In this document: one piece after another, positions 52,730 through 64,000 of the stretch
How the letters are laid out: every line of letters starts with the position of its first letter
How positions within the stretch are numbered: the stretch's first letter is position 1
Origin: Podarcis filfolensis
Lineage: Eukaryota
DNA length: 64,000 nt
NCBI GenBank assembly: GCA_964270895.1
Contig: OZ185436.1
Reading direction: 5' to 3' (one strand)
Notes under the pieces: model-generated
What the model saw: only the letters and a program-made list of their open reading frames with translations
Databases searched by the model: none
Told to the model about the DNA's origin: nothing
Made by a program: the position numbers and the translations under genes

Positions 52730-54689
52730 ACCAGGATTCACAGTGGAACAGGAAGAAGATAGCAAGAACCACAAGGCAACTCAGAGTGTTCAGCAGAGCA
52801 TCTCAGCCTGGGTCACATTTTCAGTCTGATAGATTCCTGGTTCCAAGCCAGTGAAGGAAAGAAACAAACAAACAAGATGGAATGAGTTCTCCAGCCAATG
52901 TGTTCAGTTCCTCAGCATTGGGGGAAGAAGTACAAACATCTCCTGAACTCCCAGCCAAGCCTGGCAGCCTCTCCTCCTGGATCCAAGGCAGCCTTGAGCA
53001 GTTCAAGATTACCTCCAAGCACCAACGCATTACGCATCCTAGAAACTATAACAAGGCCACTGGTGAATGACTATGGACTGATTCACACAATTCACTTTCT
53101 CTTGTGTAAGAAGTCTTGGTCCCTCTCAGACATGTCCTTGTGTGGACAAACGTAATGTGTGAATCTAGCCAGCACATATCTGGCCAGCAGCACATACTGT
53201 GATTGCAACAGTGCTTTTTCCAGCTGTTGCTATTAGTGATGGGTGAACTCCTCTCAGCTCGATGCAGAATTGGGTCAGCAATTACAAGCGTCATTGGAGA
53301 ACACTAGAAAAAAAATCATGGTTGGCGTGTTTTTTAAGAGTTCTAAATTGATTCATAATGCTGGCTGCACCATATCATACTGCCTTATCATTTTCAATTG
53401 TCCCTCGTTTATTTTTTTGTCCAAGACACAGACACTAATGACAGCTATGCAAACACCCCTTGAGGGTGATTTCTAAGGCTCCAGGAAACTGCAGCGAAGC
53501 CCAAGGAGGTTCCAGAGCCTTGAGGGAAAAGGGTGCTGTGCAATCCCTGAACATGTCTTTATTTGGTGCCGGATCTTTGGAGAGAAAGTTTTTTGGGGGT
53601 TGCTCCTACAGTTCCTTGGAACCTTAAAAAAATATTCATCACAAGTGCTTGCTTAGCTCTGTATGAGCTGAGATTAGTGTCCAGGGCTTGGACTCAAAAC
53701 AAGAGCACACTCTGTACACATGCAAAGTCACGTTATACATTTTGGACTGGAGAAGAGATTCTCAAGGAAATGGAGTTCGAGTTGTAATAAGTGCAAGCAT
53801 TATGGGGGAAATTCACATTCCAAAGCAGGTAATTGCAAAGCTGGGTAACATCACTAGCTGCAATCAAGGGATTTGCTGCAGCCTGTATCGACAACTGCCA
53901 AGCTCACACACTGCTTTGTCCATGTAAAATGTGTGCCTGAGGAGTGTGAAGAAGGGGAAGGAGAAGAAATAATATTCTGTGAACCACCAGCTCTGATACA
54001 TAAAATGACACTAGACTGTGCCCATGCCCCAGGAATGTGAATAACTCTTTGCAACAGAACAGGCCATGAATCCAAAAGCCCTGTTGTCTTGCCCACATTC
54101 TCACCCTTGCTTGCTCAGTCATGCTGAATCAATTGCCATCAATAAAAAACAAGCCTTCCTTTGGGAGGAAAGCCTGTAGAGCTGATGAAAAAGGATCTTT
54201 ATAAAGCCATATGACAGGGCTCAAAGCAAGTGGATGAAGTTCATTTTCAGTCCTTCCTCCCCTCTCCCGCTCCTCACTTTTCTGACTGTCATGAGATTAA
54301 AGGCCTTTCCATGCAATAAGTTTCTGCAGCATAAATGGACATATTTGTTTCTCATTTGCTTAGCAGAGGAAACATTCTTTATTGCAGGGATATTGCATTT
54401 TTGCCAAGCACATAAAAATGCAATATTTTATATATGGGAACATGAGATTCCCACACTTCCAAATACTATCTTCATTACTGCTGTGGTGGCAGAAGCTTCG
54501 CGGACATCTACTATATAATATGCTATTTAAAAGCCTGGATAGTCCTGCCCTTGATCTCACCCCAGTAATACAATGCAATTCTAATGAGCAGAAGACTGGG
54601 GCAGTGGCCCAGGTCAAATTCAGTGGAAACCACCAACGAATGAGTCACTGATCAGCAGTATTTCCCTCCCAAGCAAGCAACAACTCTGT

Positions 54690-54792
54690 TGTTGTTGTTG
54701 TTTAGTCGTTTAGTCGTGTCCGACTCTTCGTGACCCCCATGGACCAGAGCACGCCAGGCACTTCTGTCCTCCACTGCCTCCCGCAGTTTGAT
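54690..54792 (-). mobile_element. Bov-B (RTE) 5'-truncated 103-bp insertion
   Basis: (gtt)n-tagtcgtttagtcgtgtccgactcttcgtgacccccatggaccagagcacgccaggc... Perfect 12-bp TSD caacaactctgt (54678-54689 and 54793-54804). Confidence 0.9.
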
Positions 54793-56849
54793 CAACAACT
54801 CTGTAGAGCTTATAAAATACTAATAGCACAAGCAGCATTGGGGATAGCTCTTTGCCTCTGGACCAAATCTCTCAAATAACCCCCACCCCTTGCTAAAGCT
54901 GTGCATGCATGCATACGGTGTGCTTTTTGAGAAGGTTTGAGATCTCCAAACATGGAGTGAACCAGTGGTTTTGTGTCAAGATTGTGCAGGATCGGCAATC
55001 ACACAACACTTCCACCTGCTCTGCCTTTTGGAAGGTAGGGGGAATGGAGACGATTCCTTTGGTTCTGTGGTCCCAAGACTACAGCCACATGCTCAGAAGC
55101 GTCCTCTTCCCTTCCATGGCCAAGCAATTCAATGTGGAAGAGCAGGACTTCCTGCATAAATCAGACAGGGAACCAGAATCTGTCGGGAAGTAAGGTCTTT
55201 CAGGCTTTCCTGTTTCTAGCAAAGTTTGAACCAAGGGACTGGCAAGAACTCTTTGCGGAGGGGGAATTCCTGGCAGCCAGGGTCCAACATCACCGACCCT
55301 TGGTGAAAGTCAGGGACTTTCTGGAACAGCGAAATCTCCCCAACACCAGAATGTGAGTGGCGAAAAGCAGCTGTCTTCTTTCCTGCTCACATGATGCCCT
55401 TAACTGTCTCTTGCCTTCATACATTCACAGTCACATTCCTTGTTTTGCATTCTTTGTTTCTGCCTCCCGCCTACTTTGCTCAGGGCAGACCTCGGGGGAA
55501 TGGCAGCTGATCTGAGCTACACTTGGCTCCCCAAACCTGCACTGCAAGCCAAGAAAGATAGAGAGAATGAGGGGAGGGGAAACAAGAGAGCAGAGAAATC
55601 CTCCTCCCTCCCCTGAGTCAGCAGTTATGTGACCCAGCAGGCAGCAGTGTAACGATTTCATCATTTTCCACCAAAATTGAATTAGTTTGAAGCCAAAATC
55701 AGATTTGTGAGCCCAGCACTCTTGACAGCAAACCCTTTACTTTGTCAGGCAGCTGTTAGCTGTTTCCCTCAGAACTCGGAAAAGGAGGAGAAGGAGGGGC
55801 TGCCTGGGACAATTACAAATGGATGCCTGTGCACAAACTACTCCAGGTGGGTGCAGCTGAACCACCTGCTCCTAGAACGCAGCCCCATGCCCCTGCCGCA
55901 CCTGTAATTTATAAGAGGACGGAGAAAGAGAGAGAAAGTAACTCAATTTCACACTCCTCCTTCTGCTGGACATCTAAACAAGGCAGAGACCCTCATCAAG
56001 CCGCTGGTTCATGCCGCAAGCCCTTGCACCCAGCTCCGGAAGTCGTGCCTTGAAATGGACCTGCCTCTGAATGCAGAAGCATGAACACTCATAAGAGAGA
56101 GGAGAAGTGGCAATGCCTCAGCCCACAGCAAAGGCTGGGCAGCTTCTAGGATTGTGGCAGCAGAGGTGCCATAGAGGGAGGGTGGGGGAAGAAGGCTACT
56201 GCTCCCCCTCCCTCCCGCTCTCCCTGGATTTCAGATTAAATTATCCCTAGGTGCAAGGAAACCACAACAAATGCTATTAAGATACGCTGCTTCTCTGAGG
56301 CTTAATCTTGAAAACGTCCAAGCCTTATAATTTTGCTGGGTTTCTCTCTTTCCAACACCCCCCCAGCCCCAAGACTGGATACTCCTCCCCTCCTCCTTCC
56401 ACTTTTACTCTAAAACCATATCCCTGTTATTATTCGCTATTATTATTCACACACACCTAAAACAGCTAGGCACTTTGGAAAATTATTTTTAGAAGCCACA
56501 CTGCTTGCAAGTTTACATTATAGCACATATAACACAGAAAAAAGAAAAAAGGGGGGGGGGAATAAAATAGCGGCGGAGACCGATCATAAGATCTGTACTT
56601 AGAGCCAAAATGCATTTGTTTCAGCATCCTTAAGGGCTTTAAAATTCCACAGACTACAAAGCAGCAAAAGCATTACCGTCAGCAGCTTCAACTGCTGAAA
56701 GGAACCACAATCAGAGGTTAGTTTCTGTTTGGGAACCACTCATTAGGTTTTCCCTCCTGACATGTGCACACGTCCCTCAAGAACTATGTACGAAGCTCTT
56801 ATTTACCATCCTTAAGGCACCAGGGGGCTCAAACCAAAAACTGTAGCAG

Positions 56850-56982
56850 CAAGGCTTCCTTGGAGGTTTTTAAAGAGAGGTCGGGTAGCCAGCTGTCATG
56901 GATGCTTTGGCTGAGATTTCTGCGTTTCAGGGGGTTGGACTAGATGACCCTTGGGGCCCCTTCCAGCTCTAAGATTCTATGA
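56850..56982 (+). mobile_element. CR1 3' end
   Basis: ccttggaggtttttaaagagagg...gggggttggactagatgacccttggggccccttccagctctaagattctatga, a CR1 3' UTR hairpin with the terminal GATTCTATGA. Confidence 0.85.
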
Positions 56983-57184
56983 AGCACAGGAGACTTACTT
57001 CCTGCACTAGAACAAGGGCAGCTCTCAAGCTAAGAGAGCTATTGGTCTGATCTTTGCTGTGTACTGCAGTGCCATACAGATAAATGGCCAAACAGGGGTA
57101 CTGCAGCTCATCAGTGCAGCCAGACCAGGTGATCTGTGGAGCCAATAGCGGCAAACATGGGAAGCTGCCCTAAACCAAAACAGT

Positions 57185-57340
57185 GCATTGAACCACACAG
57201 GACCGTCTACACAGACTTGTGGAGGTTCTTCAGGGTTTCAGACCGGAGTCTTTCACAGCTCTACCTTGAGATGCTTTGGAGTCAAAACTAGAAGCTTCTG
57301 GATGCAAACTATGAGCTCAGCCACTGAGCTACAATCCTTT
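57185..57340 (-). mobile_element. tRNA-derived SINE
   Basis: The minus strand starts ggattgTAGCTCAGTGG (Pol III A box) ctgagctcatagtttgcatccagaag, with a degenerate B box followed by the SINE body. Confidence 0.7.
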
Positions 57341-57784
57341 CTCTATCTCAAGCCTGGGTGGCTTTACAGAAACTGAGGAACCAAGCCTGCAGTAACAATC
57401 TAAGCAAAACAGACTCACTTCCTGCTGCCCTTTGGAATGCTACGGTCTGCCCAACCTCGGTGGCATACTTGATTCTGTCCCCTATGATCTCTGTCTGTTG
57501 CTTCAGACCTTGATTTCAGCCAGACGTGAACTCACATCTGACCACTTTCAGGCCTGGCCCTACAGGACCCTGACACCATGCCAGAGGGTTTCCACTCATC
57601 CTTTGGGGAATCTGTCCTAAAAAGAGAAGGAGGAAGGGAAGAAGAAGAGGTGTCCAAACCATGGCCAAGGATGGTTACTGTCTAATTTGCCAAAACAGAC
57701 CTCCAATGCCCCTCTCCCTTTATCTCCATTACTCCACAGCAGCTGTAAATCATTATTTATCATATTGTGAGGTGGAATAGAGCC

Positions 57785-57945
57785 ATGGAGATGTGTATTC
57801 AAATTCCTCACTCAGCTATGAAACTCACTGGCTGAACATGGACCACATGCTATCTCTCAGCTACACTGCCACACAACTATGTTCTGAGGACCAGAGGGGG
57901 CAAGGTTCTATGTGTACTACACTGAGCCTTACAATGGAGTGTATT
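57785..57945 (+). mobile_element. Decayed CORE/MIR-like squamate SINE
   Basis: ttcaaattcctcactcagctatgaaactcactggctgaacatggaccacatgctatctctcagc. Similar to 29108. Confidence 0.55.
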
Positions 57946-58479
57946 TCTCATGAACATGGGTTCATTGGCATAAGGAAGCACAGCACAAGCTCTTATTTCA
58001 TGCTTTGTATCTCTGATCTCAGCTGTTCCTATCAGAGCTGCTACCAGAATCACAACTGCCTACAATACCATACCAATTCTGCCCTAGACACCCACTTATG
58101 AGCCCAGTGTACTACCACTCCATCCATTGGCTGCCAATGTAATCCCCACAACCAGAATTCTGTGGCTGTCAGGAATCATGGGAAATGTAATTCCCATTGA
58201 CTTTAAATACGTGCAGCAGCATCTAGGAATACATGAGCCACAGGAATTACACATCTCATGGTTTATGGTTCCCAATACCATACATGCACCTATAGGAACA
58301 TAAGATCTAAAATCTGATATGTTTATCGGCCCTGCTGATGTATTATGTTTTATGGCTTTGTATGGTTTTGATTTAATTACAATGAGAGCCTGCTGATTGG
58401 AGAACAGAGAAAGAAGTTTCTAAAATAAAATTTTAAATCCTGAGGTCCACTACCATTGACACATGGAGCTAGTGTTTAA

Positions 58480-58481
<2 letters not shown>

Positions 58482-58523
<42 letters not shown>
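58482..58523 (+). repeat. (CA)n microsatellite
   Basis: Direct reading. Confidence 0.95.
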
Positions 58524-58524
<1 letters not shown>

Positions 58525-60105
58525 TCCACTCAACATTGTGCTTCTTGTAAAGCCATTAGAAATGCATTTGGAGTGGGCCAAGTCTTTAGCTGAATTCATT
58601 TACAAAATTTAATTTAAGCAGACCATTACAATTTGGAGAAGAAGGGTCAGTAGGCTAAATGGATCCATTAAGAATCAGCCCAAAGTCCAAAGTACACTTG
58701 ACTATATGGGTCTGGGGAGTGGACCTACGGCATCTGATGTCCAAGCTCAGATTCTGCCACAATCACTATGTATATCTCCTTGCGTTCAGCTGAGTTTTAA
58801 GTGACATAACTATACCAATTTTCTACAACTCATGATATGTCCTAGAAATCTTAAAGTTGCCCATTGCGCTCCCATTTTGAAAGATCTTTTACACATTACT
58901 CTCCTATCCTCACTGCATGTAGCTGAAATAGCCTCCCAGTTATATCTGATATTGTCTGAAAAGGAACCCAGCTATGGCTCATAAAACAAAGCAGGCTTCT
59001 TACCCTGCCTTGCCAAAGACTTAACACAATGGAACAGGGCAATAAAGCTCCTCTGTTTGCCATAGCAACAGCCTATGGGAAATGCTTCCCTCAGGATAGG
59101 CAGGCAACTTTCCCTCTGTTGAGAAAGAACATATCCAGACTCATAACTCTGGCTCGCTCCCATATCCCCCAGGGCAAGAGTTCACTTCTAATTGGCCTCA
59201 AAACCTGACACTCCAGTTGTGTTTCATATACACCTATGAATTTGGAGAGTCCTCTCACTGCCAGTATGAAGCTGCTATCTGTACAGCTGTCCTGTTCTCA
59301 CACTCTCCTTAAACTACAGAGGTAAGGATTTTGATTATCCCGATTTGGAATCAGACAGAGGATAAAACCAGAAAACAAGAGACCCAGGTAGAGTCGGAAC
59401 GTCATCCTGGCTGGCTAATATTCCTGCCGTATCATTATGTGGTGCTGAGAGGGCACCATGTTGCACCTTGAATAGCACTTCAAATCATCTGCAATTGTCA
59501 TCACATCAGTATATCTAACAGTTACTTGGGTCTGTATTTCCAGCAGGACATATCTCCTGTACATGGACACCTGCTTTTTCCCTAATTCATTCCAGTACTT
59601 GTCATGATGGTAACAGTGGAAAGTAAACTCAGGTTAGAATAAATGGAACATCAGCATGTCTGTTAGATGGTTAGTGGTCCACATGCTCCTACTTATTGCC
59701 TTTCTTCTCAATTCAATCCTTCCGAAAAACTGTCTTGGCAAGAATTTCTGTGCAAATAATCTCTAAAACACATTCCAAAATCAATACAGTCCCCATTCCT
59801 CCAGCATAACAAACTTTATTTGGATAACTGAAGATTGGGAGAAGTCATTCCAGAGGCCGGAACTTCTCAACACCCAATAATTATCCTCATACCCCATAAC
59901 CAAAGCCTAAAACTCCAAACACCAAAATACTGTAGCTGAGAATAGAATGGTCACATGCTAATTGAAACAAATCCCAGATCTTTAAGCAACATCTTCAGCT
60001 GCGTACTCAAAGACAGCACAGGTATCTCAGCTGATGCTTTGGATTTATCAGAGCAGAAAGGAAAAGGAGAAATGACAAAGTAGAAGAATGAGGAGGAAGA
60101 CTTAC

Positions 60106-61284
60106 TGAGTTTATGCATCCCAACTCCTTGTTCAAAAGCCAGGGCAGAGAAAGCTTCCCCTCCCCACGATAGCAAGACTGGATGCGCTCCTTGATCTTGT
60201 CTTTGATCTTCTTCAGTGTGAAAAGGCAAAGGACAGATTCCTTTGGTGGCTTCACCCTGTTCTTCTGGCCCTGAGAGAAGATTGTGAAGAGGATATCCTC
60301 CTGCTCTGAGATACCCAACTGCTTGGCCAGTGCCTTTCCGGGCTTACTTAGGTAAGCGTCCTGAATCAGGCGATATTCAATGCCATCACGAATACAACCA
60401 ATAGGGAATTCCACATATGAGTAGAACTTGGGATCATCTACACACAGCCGAACGACCTTGGAGGTGAAAAACTGCTCCCCAGTGGAGTCAGGAGAGGTAA
60501 GCTGGGTGTCTAGTTGCAAGGTCAGGTAATAGACAAACTGCTCACTGCTGAAGCTATAGATGTAGTAGATATCAAATGTGGGGAACTTGGACAGTGTGTC
60601 TGATGGAATCTTGAGCTGGGATGAGACAAACTCATCCTGATAAACAAAGCCAAACATCTCTGCATTCTCTTCACTGGCCATCAGTTTACGGCTGGACAGG
60701 GTAGGGAAGTACTCAGACTTGCCATCAATGGGTGTTCCAATGAAGAGCTTGTTTTGCCCATTTGGGACTTCAATGATGACGCCTGACATAGTTCCTGACT
60801 CATTGACACTGGAGAGGTAGTGCTCCTTGCGATGATGGGGCTCACCCAACTTGAAAAGGTCGTCCAAGCGCAGAAACTGGCAAATGCCCTGAGAAGCACT
60901 GCCACAGGCTATCAGTCGATTCCCAGAATAATCCACCAGCAGCAACTTGTTGACATTGTTGGTGCTGACTAGCCCATGTGGACAAGACTGCACACTAGGC
61001 GGTGGGTAGCACTTCTCATTGTCATCCACGGGCCCCGTGACATGAGTGCGCATCAGTGTCAGATCGTCTGCAAGCTTATAGATCCGGTTGACAGCGCCCA
61101 CATACACCTCCCCAGTTTTGTTGTGGACCACCAAGTGTGTCAAACTCCAGTCGGTGACCTGGAAAGTCCTAAAGGGAGAGTTGGACTTGGGAGTGCCTTC
61201 TTCCAATGGCAGCCAAGCACTCCCCAGAAGCAGCAAGGTCCAGATATTGACCGACAAATGGTGCTTTAGTCTCAGGAGCCACAT
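60106..61284 (-). CDS. PLXNA1: Plexin-A1, first coding exon (393 codons: signal peptide and N-terminal Sema domain)
   Basis: The translation ...[23 protein letters not shown]...[14 protein letters not shown]...[33 protein letters not shown]...[17 protein letters not shown] matches vertebrate PLXNA1 as I recall it, including paralogue-specific segments. The ATG context is GCCATGT. The exon ends AAC TCA|GTAAG (phase-0 donor at 60105). The ORF-track tail after CINS is intronic read-through. Confidence 0.96.
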
Positions 61285-61329
61285 GGCGAAAGAATCACAT
61301 CCAGCAATGGTTGTGCATTAACCTATCCA
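61285..61329 (-). other. PLXNA1: 5' UTR part (45 nt) of the first coding exon of PLXNA1; splice acceptor at 61330-61331
   Basis: On the minus strand a long polypyrimidine tract (cctttcccttctccactgccttctgttctgcttcatttttttccag) ends in AG just before 61329. This implies a non-coding first exon further upstream, which I did not find in the window. Confidence 0.75.
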
Positions 61330-62184
61330 CTGGAAAAAAATGAAGCAGAACAGAAGGCAGTGGAGAAGGGAAAGGAGCTGTCTGTGGACTAATGTCTCCT
61401 CTTCTTCCACCAGTCTCCACATTCAGGACATTGTGGGTGCCCGCATCCTGCTCAGTCCTAGAAGGAAACACAAAGCAAGCAAGGTTAGACAAACAGTTGA
61501 GCCACTCAGAACATAACAGCACAATAGATCCCCACAGTTACAAACATCTCAGGAATGAAGGTGGTTCAGATCTCTGAAATGTTCAGCTGTCTTGGAAGAA
61601 GCATTGCACAGAATTTGCTAATCATTCTACATTCTTCCCATTGAAGTTCCCATGACCATTTTGTGCATTCACTACAGAAAATAATTGCTGAATTGTTTTG
61701 ACATCTTAGGAGAGCTAAGATTGTTATCAGAAAAAAGACAATGTAGGCTTTCCACATTTTCTGTGTTTTTATGGGGCCATGAGCCTTAGAAGCCTTAAGC
61801 TTGAACTCACAGTATAAAGGGAATAATAGTGTTATACCTTTTGGCAAAAGCTCCAAGAGAGACAGATGAGAGAGAGAGAGAGAGAGAATTTTGAAGATCT
61901 GAAAATGGCTTTAAAAAATAACTAAAATGACTGGGATTAGATCCTTTATAACCCCTATTTTAGCACTTTTCAACCTTGCCCAGATGTCTTGTCTTTCTGG
62001 GTAGCTGTACTATCTAAAACAAGATCCCTGTATTACAGTGTTTTCTTGAAGACAGGTCTTTCATTGCACCAATTGAGATTTAGCAAAAAGACTATCTCTG
62101 ATACAGTGATATACCTCTATATTTGTTTTTCTAAGTTCATAGTACTGAAATGGAGAAACGCAAAAGAACTGATCTCTTTATTAA

Positions 62185-62413
62185 CCAGAACCAGACAGAG
62201 GGCCTTCTTGGCAGTGATGCCCGCCCTGTGGAATGCCCTCCCATCAGAAGTCAAGGAAATAAGCAGCTATCCTATTTTTAAAAGACATCTGAAGGCAGCC
62301 CTGTTTAGGGAAGTTTTTCATATTTAATGCTGTATTGTTTTTAACACTCGATTGGGAGCCGCCCAGAGTGGCTGGGGAAACTCAGCCAGATGGGCAGGGT
62401 ATAAATAATAATA
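62185..62413 (+). mobile_element. L2-like LINE 3' fragment
   Basis: TRQRAFLAVMPALWNALPSEVKEISSYPIFKRHLKAALFREVF. 3' UTR gccgcccagagtggctggggaaactcagccagatgggcagggtataaataataa. Confidence 0.85.
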
Positions 62414-62672
62414 TAGTGGTACCTTGGGATGCGAACGGGATCCGTTCTGGAGCCCCGTTCGCATCCTGAACAGAACATAAAACGCGAGGGCATGTCTGCG
62501 CGTGCGCAGGTCACGTTTTGCCACTTCTGCGTATGCATGTGACGTCATTTTGAGCATCTGCGCATGCGCGAGCGGCGAAACCCGGAAGTAACGCGCTCCG
62601 TTACTTCCGGGTTTCCGCGGAGCGCAACCTGAAAGTGCCCAACCTGAAGCACATTCAACCCGAGGTATGACT

Positions 62673-62673
<1 letters not shown>
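62414..62673. mobile_element. Tc1/mariner MITE, CpG-rich, with two internal hairpins
   Basis: Ends TAGTGGTACCTTGGG / CCCGAGGTATGACTG, with TA flanks. Related to 46936..47179. Confidence 0.88.

Positions 62674-62718
<45 letters not shown>
62674..62718 (+). repeat. (TAT)n microsatellite
   Basis: Direct reading. Confidence 0.95.
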
Positions 62719-62719
<1 letters not shown>

Positions 62720-64000
62720 GAATAATGGAACACCTCTCCATACACATTAGTATGACAAGATAAATGATAAAATCCTATCTGCTCTTAACAAAGAATCTGA
62801 CTTCCTTTTTTAAAAGAAAAAGGAGTTATGTGTTGTGGAGTGCAATCAAATGCATGACTACATAGAAATAATTTCCACTGCATCATCAGTGCCTCATGTG
62901 TCCAAGATTGCAACCTCAGACACTGTATGTGGGTGTAGAACTTTCCACAGAGGAGCATTAGAGGTTTTATAGGGAGCTTGAGGGACAGCATCCTTCCTGA
63001 GTGTCCTGAGATTTCTTTGGTATGTGCTGGCTAACCTGCACTCACAGTGCATTATGAACAAATGTGTCTACATCATGTTCCACTCCGGGGGGGGGGCACC
63101 ACCACTACCAGATCTGCAAAGCCAGTGAGCAAGCTCCCTATCCTTCCACAACTCCCCAGGGATGTTGTAGCCTTTCTCAGCCTCCACCCTAACCTCCCCT
63201 TACACCTTCATGCACTGTTGCTAAGACTTTGGCCCAAAGACTTTTATTCTACCCACATCTTCAACACAAGCAGGATTCAGTGTACGACTAGAGCTCGCTA
63301 TTCCAAGTAATTCCGTATTTGTGACTTTTAAAGACAGCTCTCCACCCTTGAAGAAAATACTTTTAAAAATCACCGCCTACACATCCCAACAGCACAAAAG
63401 ATCCCACTAAAATAGATTTCAGTAAGATATTTTGCTTCTCGTCAATATTTGTGGGACCACTGTTACCTCTCCAGCTTGACCAAGTATTTAGCTCCACTAG
63501 GAGGTTGGCAATGTCCTGCCTACCCATCCATAACCGACAAGCTACAGAAGGCTGCCTTTTTATCTTCAGGGTTTTCTCTTTGCCCAGGCAGGGGAGTATT
63601 CTGACCTTCCTCATTCTCCTAGCACTGGACAGCCTTGAGGCTGATCCTAGATTTCCAACACACTCCTAAAGGTCAGAACCAGTCTTCAGGCAGAAGGCGG
63701 GGCATGGGAGGGTTGCACATCGCTTGAGCTTCCACCCTGAAGTTCACTAGAGTTATTTTTCTTCAATTGCACAAAGGGAAAGAAGAAACTTGTTCTTTCT
63801 TCCAGTTTGGTTAGACGTGTCAAATGCCCCCAAAAGACATAGCTGCACACAGTTTACATGAAGGGCAACATACATGGAAGTAGAGAATCTTGGCTACACA
63901 AGAGCCCATACTGTAAAGTTTAACCTCTGGCTTCTTTAGCCTGTGCCACTGAAACTCAATTTAGCTCATAAGGCAACAGATCCTGGTCCCTCTAGCCCAA

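Noticed and set aside
60007-60105. The last 32 residues of the 425-aa ORF as part of normal plexin-A1
   Set aside because: They lie beyond a canonical GTAAG donor, and the protein continues in the exon at 41984.
41802-62673. Inverted repeat pairs that could drive circularisation of the PLXNA1 exons
   Set aside because: The related MITEs at 62414 and 46936 and the L2 copies at 62185 and 52452 are in direct orientation. I saw no long inverted pair by eye.
1-64000. Prokaryotic-type systems (CRISPR arrays, operons, defence systems), intact transposase or RT genes, and rRNA/tRNA genes
   Set aside because: This is vertebrate intronic DNA. There are no repeat-spacer arrays and no long ORF other than PLXNA1, and the tRNA-like motifs are SINE heads.

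Overview
This is vertebrate genomic DNA (CpG-depleted and rich in transposable elements). It is most likely from a lacertid lizard such as Podarcis, Lacerta or Zootoca, inferred from a Sauria SINE, Bov-B tails and squamate-type MITEs. The only protein-coding gene I can support is PLXNA1 (plexin-A1) on the minus strand. Its first coding exon is 61329..60106 (ATG at 61284; signal peptide plus most of the Sema domain), followed by an 18,121-bp intron and a 183-bp exon at 41984..41802. I could not find the next exon by eye, so 1..41801 appears to be one long intron. The rest is intronic, with CR1, L2 and L1 fragments, Bov-B micro-insertions, tRNA-derived SINEs, at least 5 hAT MITEs with 8-bp TSDs, 4 Tc1/mariner MITEs with TA TSDs, foldback elements and microsatellites. 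Nearly all other entries in the ORF track look spurious. I found no convincing new biological system. The best leads are a CpG-rich MITE carrying NRF1, CRE and ETS motifs 1.1 kb from the first coding exon, a uORF just before the PLXNA1 start codon, an apparent shift of N-glycosylation sequons in the Sema domain, and young TSD-flanked insertions. Family names and comparisons to human PLXNA1 come from memory, not from database searches.
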